The notes under the pieces are model-generated. The model worked only from the letters and a program-made list of their open reading frames with translations. It did no database searches and had not been told where the DNA came from. This document shows positions 50,365 through 60,125 of a stretch of 64,000 nt of DNA, piece after piece. This DNA comes from an uncultured virus (IMG/VR IMGVR_UViG_3300024505_000864). Lineage: Duplodnaviria; Heunggongvirae; Uroviricota; Caudoviricetes. Made by a program: the position numbers and the translations under genes. The stretch is taken from IMG/VR virus record IMGVR_UViG_3300024505_000864, one strand, 5' to 3'. Numbering within the stretch: the stretch's first letter is position 1; every line of letters starts with the position of its first letter.

Positions 50365-51002
50365 AGATTATAACTCTTTTCAAAATTTCCTTTATACATT
50401 TTATTACCAATATGAGATACTGTGTGCTTTGGGTTTAACCAAATATCGTATCCCAACTCAGTTATTTTTTTAGTTAATGCAATATCTTCTCCAACAAAAC
50501 TTCCGTTTTCAAAGGTATACTCACAAATATTTTTTAAAGGCTTGTTGCGAAACAGTAATTCTGTGTTTGTATTCCACAAATCAACAATAACTTTACGAGT
50601 CAATTTGAGAAATCCTGTCCCGCATTTTTTAATTTTGATGTATCCATCAACATCTTTTTGTATATCATCATTTAACCACACGTTATATTCAATTTTTTTA
50701 TCTCCCTTATTTACGACAGGGACCGTTATAACATCTTTTTCTGATTGGATAATTTCAATTAATGCTCTTTCATCCCAATATTCATCATCATCGATGAATA
50801 CCATTACATCATAATTTTCGTCATAAGCAAGTTTAAAAAGTTCATTCCTAGCCATCGGAAGAATACTTTCATTTGCTAGAAAAACACATTTAATATCTAA
50901 ATTGTTTTTAAGTCCTAATTTAATAGATTCACATAAACTATGGACGAAATAAGCATCAACTTTTTGATCAAGACACGGTGTAGCAATTAAAACTTTTTTC
51001 AT
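50361..51002 (-). CDS. GT-A fold glycosyltransferase
   Basis: VLIATP...ARN...FIDDD...GTGF...GED...HIG. Confidence 0.8.
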   Translation of the reverse strand: MKKVLIATPCLDQKVDAYFVHSLCESIKLGLKNNLDIKCVFLANESILPMARNELFKLAYDENYDVMVFIDDDEYWDERALIEIIQSEKDVITVPVVNKGDKKIEYNVWLNDDIQKDVDGYIKIKKCGTGFLKLTRKVIVDLWNTNTELLFRNKPLKNICEYTFENGSFVGEDIALTKKITELGYDIWLNPKHTVSHIGNKMYKGNFEKSYNL

Positions 51003-51042
51003 ATAGTCTCATACATCATATACTATGTATGAGACTATAATA

Positions 51043-54000
51043 TCAAGAGTTTTCTAGTAAATCTAATCTAGTTTTTAATATATCAACTTCTTCTGATAAT
51101 TCCTTCACTGCATTTACAAGAACTGGAATCATATGATCTGATGTCAGTTTTAGATTTTCTGGATCTTTTGAATCCACAATAACAGGATTTTCTCCTTCTG
51201 CTTCTAAAACATTCTGAGCACTGAATCCATATCTGCGTTTTCCTTCATCATCTTTTAATTCACCAGTTTCACGGTTTTTGAATGCATATTCAATAGGAGT
51301 AATATTTTGAAGGAATCCTCTACCGTGAGGAACAGGTCCAAAAATACACTTATCACGACAGTCAGAAACTACTGTCCAAGCAACTTGAATAAGAGCATTT
51401 GTATGAGCATTATTTCCCATAATAATGTGATTGTTTTGTGTTGTGACATTACACAATCCACCCACTCCAACTCCAGAACTACATCCAAAGAAGATATTAT
51501 TGGATCCAGTGGTGTTGTTGCGACCAGCAGCAGTTCCAAAGAAGTTGTTGTAGCATCCAGTGGTGTTGCAGCAACCAGCATTAAATCCAAAGAAGTTGTT
51601 GTTGGATCCAGTGGTGTTGGAGTAACCAGCATATCTTCCAATAAAGGTGTTGTAGCATCCAGTGGTGTTTCTGAAACCAGCACTTTCTCCAAAGAAGTTG
51701 TTGCAGGATCCATTGGCGTTGCAGTAACCAGCACTACTTCCAAAGAAGTTGTTGTTGCATCCAGAGGTGTTAAATCGACCAGCATTACATCCAAAGAAGG
51801 TGTTGTTGGATCCAGAGGTGTTGGAGAAACCAGCACTTTGTCCAAAGAAGTTGTTGTGGCATCCAGTGGTGTTGCAGTAACCAGCACTATTTCCAATAAA
51901 GGTGTTGTAACGTCCAGTGGTGTTGTATCGACCAGCACTACTTCCAATGAAGGTGTTATTGGATCCAGTGGTGTTGGAGAAACCAGCACATCTTCCAATA
52001 AAGGTGTTAGCGACTCCAAGGGTGTTGCATCGACCAGCACTCTCTCCAAAGAAGTTGTTGAAGTTTCCAGTGGTGTTGCTGGATCCAGCAAATGGTCCAA
52101 AGAAGTTGTTGTTGATTCCAGTGGTGTTGGAGAAACCAGCACTATTTCCAAAGAAGTTGTTATTGTCTCCAAAGGTGTTGCATCGACCAGCATATCTTCC
52201 AATAAAGGTGTTGCTGTTTCCAGAGGTGTTGGAGCAACCAGCACTTAATCCAAAGAAGGTGTTATTGGCTCCAGCGGTGTTGGAGCAACCAGCACTTCTT
52301 CCAATAAAGGTGTTGTGGCATCCAGTGGTGTTGTTGCGACCAGCATTACATCCAAAGAAGTTGTTGTAGGATCCAGTGGTGTTGTATCGACCAGCATTAC
52401 GTCCAATAAAGGTGTTGTTGGATCCAGTGGTGTTGCATCGACCAGTATAACATCCAAAGAAGGTGTTGTAGGATCCAGTAGTGTTGTATCGACCAGCACC
52501 ATATCCAATAAAGGTGTTGTTAGTTCCAGTGGTGTTGCAGTAACCAGCACTAGCTCCAATAAAGGTGTTGTTGGATCCAGTGGTGTTGTATCGACCAGCA
52601 AAAGGTCCAAAGAAGTTGTTGTTAAATCCCGTGGTGTTGGAGTAACCAGCATATCTTCCAATAAAGGTGTTGTAGACTCCAGTGGTGTTGCAGTAACCAG
52701 CACTTATTCCAAAGAAGTTGTTGTCACGTCCAGTGGTGTTTCTGAAACCAGCACTTTCTCCAAAGAAGTTGTTGCAGGATCCAGTGGTGGTGCAGTAACC
52801 AGCACATCTTCCAAAGAAGTTGTTGTTAAATCCAGTGGTGTTGTATCGACCAGCTTTGGATCCAATAAAGGTGTTGTGGCATCCAGTGGTGTTTCTGCAA
52901 CCAGTATATTGTCCAAAGAAGTTGTTGTTGGATCCATCGGTATTGCACTGACCAGCACAATAACCAGCAAAGAAGTTGTGTAATCCATAGCCACCACCAT
53001 TTCCTGCTTCTGAACTATAGATGGTTCCACAAGAACCACTTAAAGTGAATTCTCCACTAAATGCAGATCCATTAATAAAAAGACCATTATCATTAACCTT
53101 TAGTCTTTCACAAGTACCAGCAGCAAGAACTACAGTATTTGTAAGTCCATAAGTTCCAGTATAAGTACCAATTATGAGGTTATTAGATCCTATTACTACG
53201 GAGCAACCAGCATTACATCCAAAGAAGGTGTTGTTGGATCCAGAGGTGTTGGAGAAACCAGCACTTTGTCCAAAGAAGTTGTTGTGGCATCCAGTGGTGT
53301 TGAAGCCACCAGCACTAAGTCCAAAGAAGTTGTTGTAGCATCCAGTGGTGTTGAAGAAACCAGCAGCATTTCCAAAGAAGGTGTTGTTGGATCCAGTGGT
53401 GTTTAAGGCACCAGCACTTTGTCCAATAAAGGTGTTGTAGGATCCAGTGGTGTTGGAGGAACCAGCACCTTGTCCAAAGAAGTTGTTGTTGCATCCAATG
53501 GTGTTGGAGCAACCAGCAGAAGGTCCAAAGAAGTTGTTGTTGAATCCAGAGGTGTTTTGGTTACCAGCCCAGCCTCCAAAGAAGTTGTTATTGGTTCCAG
53601 TGGTGTTGTTTTCACCAGCAGCACGTCCAATAAAGGTGTTGTAGGATCCAGTGGTGTTGCATCGACCAGCACAATAACCAGCAAAGAAGTTGCTGCCTCC
53701 ATAACCACCATTTCCTGCTTGTGAACTATGAATGGTTCCACAAGAACCACTTAAAGTGAATTCTCCACCACCACCACCAGTAAATGCAGATCCATTAATA
53801 AAAAGACCACTATCATTAACCTTAAGTCTTTGGCAACTACCAGCAGCAAGAACTACAGTATTTGTAAGTCCATAAGTTCCACAATAAGAACCAATTATGA
53901 GGTTATTAGATCCTGTTACTACGGAGCAACCAGCATTACATCCAAAGAAGGTGTTGTTGGATCCAGAGGTGTTGGAGAAACCAGCACTTTGTCCAAAGAA

Positions 54001-55212
54001 GTTGTTGTGGCATCCAGTGGTGTTGTATCGACCAGCATTACATCCAAAGAAGGTGTTGTAGGATCCAGAGGTGTTGGAGAAACCAGCAGCATTTCCAAAG
54101 AAGGTGTTGTTGGATCCAGTGGTGTTTAAGGCACCAGCACTTTGTCCAATAAAGTTGTTGTAGGATCCAGTGGTGTTGGAGTAACCAGCAAAAGGTCCAA
54201 AGAAGTTGTTGCTGCCTCCACTGGTGTTGGAGTAACCAGCATTATATCCAAAGAAGGTGTTGTTGGATCCAGTGGTGTTGAAGAAACCAGCATTACATCC
54301 AAAGAAGGTGTTGTAGGATCCAGAGGTGTTGGAGAAACCAGCATAATATCCAAAGAAGTTGTTGTAGTATCCAGTGGTGTTGTTTTCACCAGCACCACGT
54401 CCAAAGAAGTTGTTATGCCTTCCAGAGGTGTTTTTGTAACCAGCACCATCTCCAAAGAAGTTGTTGTTCGATCCAGAGGTGGTGCAGTAACCAGCACATC
54501 TTCCAAAGAAGTTGTTGTTCGATCCCCAGGTGTTGTAGAAACCAGTATATTGTCCAAAGAAGTTGTTGTTGGATCCATCGGTATTGCACTGACCAGCACA
54601 ATAACCAGCAAAGAAGTTGTGTAATCCATAGCCACCAGTTCCTGCTTCTGAACTATAGATGGTTCCACAAGAACCACTTAAAGTGAATTCTCCACCTGCA
54701 CTAAATGCAGATGTAGTAACTCCAGTAACAAGACCCTTTGCGTTAACAGTAATGCTTGGAATTGAAGTTGAAGAACCAAAAGTTCCTACATCAGTATTAA
54801 CAGTTGCAAGAGTAGTAGTAGTATTAACTGAAGTAACATCGCCAGTTAAATTAGGAATATTTGTTGTACTAGTAGCAGTACCAGTAAGACTTCCTACAAA
54901 TCCACCTGAAGAAGTAATGATGCCACTAAAGTTTCCTGATGTTGCAGTGATAATACCAACAGAAATATCAGGAGTTCCAGTAAGTCCTTGAGCATTAGTA
55001 GCAATACCTGCAGTAGTTGCATAGGTTGCTATTCCTGCTGAAGATGCATAAGTTATTGCCACATATGGCAAATTAGTCCAAGAAGTTGTTCCAGTTCCTA
55101 TTTTAAATTTATTAGTATCAAGCTCAAGTCCCAATTCTCCTTCTGCAAGAACTGGGTTTATATTGGTCCATTCTGTAGAAGATCCTCTTCTAAATTGAAT
55201 TTGAGTTGCCAT
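51043..55212 (-). CDS. Long tail fibre with Cys-rich 14-aa repeats and C-terminal S74-type chaperone
   Basis: QIQFRRG...EGELG N-terminus; tandem NTTGxxN[N/T]F[F/I]GxxAG; SDCRDK...GFSAQ...LVNAVKEL. Confidence 0.85.
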   Translation of the reverse strand: MATQIQFRRGSSTEWTNINPVLAEGELGLELDTNKFKIGTGTTSWTNLPYVAITYASSAGIATYATTAGIATNAQGLTGTPDISVGIITATSGNFSGIITSSGGFVGSLTGTATSTTNIPNLTGDVTSVNTTTTLATVNTDVGTFGSSTSIPSITVNAKGLVTGVTTSAFSAGGEFTLSGSCGTIYSSEAGTGGYGLHNFFAGYCAGQCNTDGSNNNFFGQYTGFYNTWGSNNNFFGRCAGYCTTSGSNNNFFGDGAGYKNTSGRHNNFFGRGAGENNTTGYYNNFFGYYAGFSNTSGSYNTFFGCNAGFFNTTGSNNTFFGYNAGYSNTSGGSNNFFGPFAGYSNTTGSYNNFIGQSAGALNTTGSNNTFFGNAAGFSNTSGSYNTFFGCNAGRYNTTGCHNNFFGQSAGFSNTSGSNNTFFGCNAGCSVVTGSNNLIIGSYCGTYGLTNTVVLAAGSCQRLKVNDSGLFINGSAFTGGGGGEFTLSGSCGTIHSSQAGNGGYGGSNFFAGYCAGRCNTTGSYNTFIGRAAGENNTTGTNNNFFGGWAGNQNTSGFNNNFFGPSAGCSNTIGCNNNFFGQGAGSSNTTGSYNTFIGQSAGALNTTGSNNTFFGNAAGFFNTTGCYNNFFGLSAGGFNTTGCHNNFFGQSAGFSNTSGSNNTFFGCNAGCSVVIGSNNLIIGTYTGTYGLTNTVVLAAGTCERLKVNDNGLFINGSAFSGEFTLSGSCGTIYSSEAGNGGGYGLHNFFAGYCAGQCNTDGSNNNFFGQYTGCRNTTGCHNTFIGSKAGRYNTTGFNNNFFGRCAGYCTTTGSCNNFFGESAGFRNTTGRDNNFFGISAGYCNTTGVYNTFIGRYAGYSNTTGFNNNFFGPFAGRYNTTGSNNTFIGASAGYCNTTGTNNTFIGYGAGRYNTTGSYNTFFGCYTGRCNTTGSNNTFIGRNAGRYNTTGSYNNFFGCNAGRNNTTGCHNTFIGRSAGCSNTAGANNTFFGLSAGCSNTSGNSNTFIGRYAGRCNTFGDNNNFFGNSAGFSNTTGINNNFFGPFAGSSNTTGNFNNFFGESAGRCNTLGVANTFIGRCAGFSNTTGSNNTFIGSSAGRYNTTGRYNTFIGNSAGYCNTTGCHNNFFGQSAGFSNTSGSNNTFFGCNAGRFNTSGCNNNFFGSSAGYCNANGSCNNFFGESAGFRNTTGCYNTFIGRYAGYSNTTGSNNNFFGFNAGCCNTTGCYNNFFGTAAGRNNTTGSNNIFFGCSSGVGVGGLCNVTTQNNHIIMGNNAHTNALIQVAWTVVSDCRDKCIFGPVPHGRGFLQNITPIEYAFKNRETGELKDDEGKRRYGFSAQNVLEAEGENPVIVDSKDPENLKLTSDHMIPVLVNAVKELSEEVDILKTRLDLLENS

Positions 55213-55217
55213 TATTT

Positions 55218-56072
55218 TTAAACTCCTCCTCCGTTTATTGAAGTAATGCCACCATATACCGAACTTGGAACACCACCATCAAGATTTATATAAGGATCTA
55301 TTAAAATATTTGCCACAGATGACGATGAAGAAGAAACAGATACTCCAGTACCAACAAAATTAATAGTAGTAAATCCTAATCCAACCAATACATAATTATC
55401 ACGAATTGCTATTCCATTAAAACTATTTATTAAACCACCAGGTCCATAAAAAGAAGAAGCAGTAACTGATCCAGTGACATTAGTATTTCCATTAACAATC
55501 AGAGCAGTAGATCCAGATCCAACAATAATGCTACCCGACTGTGCTCCATAACCTAATGTAGAAATTCCACTTACATTTAAATTATTAAAATTATTTGGAG
55601 CAATTTCAATCGCAGACTCAATCGTTGCTAATGTAGTAGAATCTAAAGAAGTAATATTTTTGAGTTGGAAATTACTACTAATAACTTCAGTAGATCCAAT
55701 ACTTAAACTTCCTAGGGTTCCAATTCCCAGATAACTTAAATTTGTACCAGATAGATTAGTAACAATTCCAATGTTACCATTTAAAGAAGTAAATCTACCT
55801 GTACTATAAGTTAATGTAGTTCCACTAATAGATGATACATCTGCACTCGAAGTAACAGTTAAATTAGATACAGATGCAATCCCACCAATTACATTAGTTG
55901 CAGTGGTTATAGTACCAACAATTGTCGGTACTGTTAAAGTTCCAGTAAAAAACCCATCCCCAACGACATGTAATTCTACCGTTGGAGATGAAGTTTTAAT
56001 ACCTATTTTGTCTACATCAATGACCATTCTCTGGTCATTGATGATTGGTAAACCTAGTATTTCTAGTGCCAT
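55218..56072 (-). CDS. Tail fibre-associated structural protein
   Basis: IGIKT..P...LHVVG and GIxT motifs. Confidence 0.7.
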   Translation of the reverse strand: MALEILGLPIINDQRMVIDVDKIGIKTSSPTVELHVVGDGFFTGTLTVPTIVGTITTATNVIGGIASVSNLTVTSSADVSSISGTTLTYSTGRFTSLNGNIGIVTNLSGTNLSYLGIGTLGSLSIGSTEVISSNFQLKNITSLDSTTLATIESAIEIAPNNFNNLNVSGISTLGYGAQSGSIIVGSGSTALIVNGNTNVTGSVTASSFYGPGGLINSFNGIAIRDNYVLVGLGFTTINFVGTGVSVSSSSSSVANILIDPYINLDGGVPSSVYGGITSINGGGV

Positions 56073-56131
56073 TTATTTCCCACTAGACAGTGTGCTACTA
56101 CTATTTAGCAGTAGCACACATTCGTCTATTA

Positions 56132-57967
56132 TCAACCTAGTTTTGCTTTCAGTTCAGCAACTTCTGCAGAAAGTTCCTTAACAGATTCGATAAGAAGACC
56201 AATCAGACCGTTATAGTTAACAGTCTTAGTTTCCCCATCACTTACCAGTTCAGGAAGAACTACTTCTACGTCTTGTGCAATAACACCACCAGATGATTCA
56301 CCATTCTCTTTCCATGTGAAGGTTACACCGTTAATTTGTGCAACTTTAGCAAGAGGTTCTGCAATAACAGTGATATTATCCTTGAGTCTTCTATCAGAAG
56401 TTGAGTTGAAGTCTCCTGCAGTTATGATTCCAGTAACACTAACGTCACTGTTAACAGTAACTTGCTGACTAAATGTTGCAATTCCTGCAACGGCCAACCA
56501 ACCACCAACGTTCAGGTTCTTCTCAATTCCTACACCACCCTCAACAACAAGAGCACCAGTGTCTTTATCAGTTGACTGAGTAGTAGTACTGATTCCGACT
56601 TCCTTAACAAAAGTTGAAATTCCAGAAACTGTGATATCATCAAAGTTATTTGGTGATATCTGCAGTGCTGCTTCCAGAGTTGCCTTGGTTGTTGCGTCAA
56701 TGGTAGCAATATTTTGAAGTTCCTTAGTAGAACTTACAATCTGACTTCCAGCAATACTTAAGGAATTAGCAGATACAGATCCAGTAATTCTTGCGTTACC
56801 TTGTACATTGAGAGTCTCAGTGAGGGAAGTAGTATTGATACCCAATCTATTAGTAGATGGATTAAATCTAATTCCTTCATCAACTCTTAAAGTTTCAGAC
56901 AGAGTTGAAGATGAATTCTCTACAAATGAGAGGTAGTATGAAGCATCTGTAGAAGTTGCAGTTGTGTCAATTAAAGTAGCACGAGTTGCAGTAGATGCTG
57001 TACCAGTAACTGTACCACTAAAAGAACCAGAGAATGTGGTAGCAGTGATAACACCAGTAGAATAAATATTACCGGAATTTACAATACCAAGAGTAGTAAC
57101 ACCACTTACATTCAGATTTGTAGCATTAACAGTAACTGCAGTTACAATACCAGTTGAATTGACATTACCAACATCAAGTTTGCCAAGAGTGCCAACAGAT
57201 GTCAGTGAAGAATTAACAACTCCTGATCCAAGAGTAGTTGCAGAAAGTACGGAAGTTCCGTTAATTTCATAAGATTTTCCAGTTGCAAGACTTAAATTCT
57301 CACTTGAAGTCCAAGCATCAGTTGTATCAGACCAAGTAAATGTCTTATCAGTTGTACCGTATAGTAAAAGACCACCACCATCGGCAGTAATATCAGATGG
57401 AGAACTGGTAGATCCAATACCAATTACTTTGTCTGCAATGTCTACCTGAGTAGAATTAACGATAGTTTGAGTACCATCAACAATCAGGTCACCCTTAATT
57501 CTAACTGCACCAGTATTGTCACCAACTGCTGAAGGATCAAGATAGAGTACAGATGGACCACTAATGGTATTAGAGTTAACTCTAATTGCAGATCCTGAAG
57601 CACCAGTGTGGAATTCAGTAGCAGTTACTATACCTGTACTGTTTAAACTGGTTGCAGTAATATTTCCTGCACTTAATGTTCCTACTGTGGATAGTCCAGA
57701 AACATTAAGTTGAGTGACATCTGCTCTACCACCGATTACATTAGTAGCAGTAGTAGCAGCTGCCACTGCTGCGTTAATTTGAATGCCGTCTAAATTCAGA
57801 TATCTACCATCACCATAATAGGTAACAACACCAGTAGTTGCGGTAACAATACCTGATGCTACTTTCAGGGTCCCTAAGGTGGAAACCCCTGCTACGTTCA
57901 GATTCTGAATGTTTAAAATATTCCTGCTATCATCAATAACAGGCGTCCCTAAAACCTTATATGCCAT
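56132..57967 (-). CDS. Tail fibre protein with S74-type intramolecular chaperone
   Basis: SDRRLKDNI...GVIAQDVE..LPELV...VNYNGLIGLLIESVKEL. Confidence 0.85.
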   Translation of the reverse strand: MAYKVLGTPVIDDSRNILNIQNLNVAGVSTLGTLKVASGIVTATTGVVTYYGDGRYLNLDGIQINAAVAAATTATNVIGGRADVTQLNVSGLSTVGTLSAGNITATSLNSTGIVTATEFHTGASGSAIRVNSNTISGPSVLYLDPSAVGDNTGAVRIKGDLIVDGTQTIVNSTQVDIADKVIGIGSTSSPSDITADGGGLLLYGTTDKTFTWSDTTDAWTSSENLSLATGKSYEINGTSVLSATTLGSGVVNSSLTSVGTLGKLDVGNVNSTGIVTAVTVNATNLNVSGVTTLGIVNSGNIYSTGVITATTFSGSFSGTVTGTASTATRATLIDTTATSTDASYYLSFVENSSSTLSETLRVDEGIRFNPSTNRLGINTTSLTETLNVQGNARITGSVSANSLSIAGSQIVSSTKELQNIATIDATTKATLEAALQISPNNFDDITVSGISTFVKEVGISTTTQSTDKDTGALVVEGGVGIEKNLNVGGWLAVAGIATFSQQVTVNSDVSVTGIITAGDFNSTSDRRLKDNITVIAEPLAKVAQINGVTFTWKENGESSGGVIAQDVEVVLPELVSDGETKTVNYNGLIGLLIESVKELSAEVAELKAKLG

Positions 57968-58011
57968 GGAAATTTTTATGTATATTTCTTTTTATATTTA
58001 TAATTATAATT

Positions 58012-60105
58012 TTAAATTGCCGAAATTGAAATCCCTTCAAAACTAACCCCAGAAATAGTAGTAGTACTATCAAATGCATAGGGATTAAAAAGTACTCTAC
58101 TCGTAGAACCTCTTAAATTACCATTACCTCTAAGGTTGTATGAGTCACCAGCAGAATCAGGATAATCCGTTAGTGCATTATAAGTCTGTGACCAATAACC
58201 AACTTCATTTGGATCAGGATATGGATCTGACATGTTTATGTCTCTACTTCCATATAATTCTAACCAATCGTGAACATCACTTTGACTTGCACTTCTATTT
58301 TGTTGCAGATACAATGCTATAACTGAGCAAGCATTTGGACCAGCTGAACTTGTTCCATTGAACCAAGTATCATAAAAACTTGTATTATCTTGTCTTACAA
58401 AATCTTCATAAGTAGAAGTATAACCAGCAGCCATAGTCATTTCTGCAGGTGCCCAAACATTAATCATTGGACCATTTGCAGAATAACAAACTTTTCTGAC
58501 AGAATAAGGAGCAGATCCTTGTCTAGAACCTACAGGTTCTACACCACAATCTAAAGCACCAACTCGAATTGTTCCTTGCTTTCGAGTCTCAACATTTGCA
58601 CCACCTTTTTGAACTCCACCAACTCGATTAATATAATTAGTACTAGTGGAATACCAATTATTATAATCTATATCATTAACATCCGAAAGTTTTTGATTGG
58701 TATTTCCAGCAGAAGAAACTACTATACATCCTGCAGCAATTGCATTTTCTGCTCCAGCATTATCAGCACCAGCAGGTGAAAGAGGAGAATACTGTCCAGT
58801 TCCAGAATAAGCAGTAGTGCTAGTAGTAACTCCCGTGTTATAAGTAAAATACTTATGATTCCTACATGCTCCAGAGTTTGCTGGTGGATTTAATAGACTC
58901 GCATTTCCTACATAAGTTAATGTAGAACCCCTATATCCATGAGTATAAGTAGTGCCACTATTATTACCTGTAGATGAAGTCCACCCATAACTATTATTAA
59001 TTAATGTTGGATCTGGATCTCCATTTTGAGATATTTTTTTTGCATTGTGGAACATAGCACAAATATTTAATGCTATCGATGCATCAATAATTCCCCCAAC
59101 ACCACCTAAAGCAATTCTGAATCCCCATACATTACATTCATATGCCAATCCAAAAGATTTTCCTCCAATTTGAGAAGCACATGCAGTTCCATGCCCATCT
59201 ACAAGTTGATTTCCATTGGAATTTGGTGTTTTAGTTGAAGTATGAGCTAAAGTATATAAAGAACTAAATGTGGCATACCCAATACCACTAAATTGTGGAG
59301 ATCTATTGGATGGATTTGACCACCAACTATGTGCAGCAGTAGTTGCAATTCCAACTCCCAAATTTACTCCATCTACGATTTTTGTATAAGTTAATCCTCT
59401 AGAATTAAAATATTCAGGATCTACTTTGTAAGGACCATCTAATATAACATCTTTAACTCTAGTAGATCCATCAGCATTTCTAAATTCTGGATGTAAAGGA
59501 GTTACACCAGAATCTATAATTACACAATCAACATTAGCACCAGTAACTGTATAGTCTATGTCAGTGTCTACTCGTGTTGTAGATGCAATACCAACACCAC
59601 GAAAAGGTTCACTGGAAGGATTATTTACAAAAAGATGTCCCCAATTTGATCTTACACCATTTGTATGAGTTACTGTATGAAATCTATTTGTTGCCATGAA
59701 GGGGGCAGCAGTAAATCCTGGTTTATTAAAAGCTACATCTTTACCATACCTTCTTAATACAAAAAGTGATTTAGGTTGAGGATATATGGATGGATCTAAA
59801 ACTACACTTTCAACTTTAGGATGAGTCCTGAGGATTTCAGCCTCTTCAGGACTCATAGTATAAACAGAGGTTCTCAATGAATATTCTTCAATATTTTCAC
59901 ATTCAATTTTTCGATTAGGAATACCATCAATTTCATTTTCATTCACAATGTAATTATGAATTTCTTCCCAATCATTCTCATCCTTAACTATTACTTTATA
60001 TGAATCAATTTCATTTGGAGTATATTCTATTGGAACAGTATCTGGAGAAATCTCTATGATACGTTCACGTTCTAATTGGTTTTCACTAAGAGATATATTT
60101 TGCAT
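58012..60105 (-). CDS. Subtilisin-like (S8) serine protease
   Basis: IIDSG, HGTACAS, SAGN, NGTSSAGP. Confidence 0.85.
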   Translation of the reverse strand: MQNISLSENQLERERIIEISPDTVPIEYTPNEIDSYKVIVKDENDWEEIHNYIVNENEIDGIPNRKIECENIEEYSLRTSVYTMSPEEAEILRTHPKVESVVLDPSIYPQPKSLFVLRRYGKDVAFNKPGFTAAPFMATNRFHTVTHTNGVRSNWGHLFVNNPSSEPFRGVGIASTTRVDTDIDYTVTGANVDCVIIDSGVTPLHPEFRNADGSTRVKDVILDGPYKVDPEYFNSRGLTYTKIVDGVNLGVGIATTAAHSWWSNPSNRSPQFSGIGYATFSSLYTLAHTSTKTPNSNGNQLVDGHGTACASQIGGKSFGLAYECNVWGFRIALGGVGGIIDASIALNICAMFHNAKKISQNGDPDPTLINNSYGWTSSTGNNSGTTYTHGYRGSTLTYVGNASLLNPPANSGACRNHKYFTYNTGVTTSTTAYSGTGQYSPLSPAGADNAGAENAIAAGCIVVSSAGNTNQKLSDVNDIDYNNWYSTSTNYINRVGGVQKGGANVETRKQGTIRVGALDCGVEPVGSRQGSAPYSVRKVCYSANGPMINVWAPAEMTMAAGYTSTYEDFVRQDNTSFYDTWFNGTSSAGPNACSVIALYLQQNRSASQSDVHDWLELYGSRDINMSDPYPDPNEVGYWSQTYNALTDYPDSAGDSYNLRGNGNLRGSTSRVLFNPYAFDSTTTISGVSFEGISISAI

Positions 60106-60125
60106 TTATTGAGTACTAATAAAAA

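Noticed and set aside
51400..54700. AAC-rich repeats as a diversity-generating retroelement template/variable pair
   Set aside because: Repeats are in-frame protein repeats, differences are not adenine-specific, and no reverse transcriptase is in the window.
51307..54991. Long plus-strand and alternate-frame ORFs over the fibre gene
   Set aside because: Shadows of a repetitive coding sequence that lacks stops in other frames.
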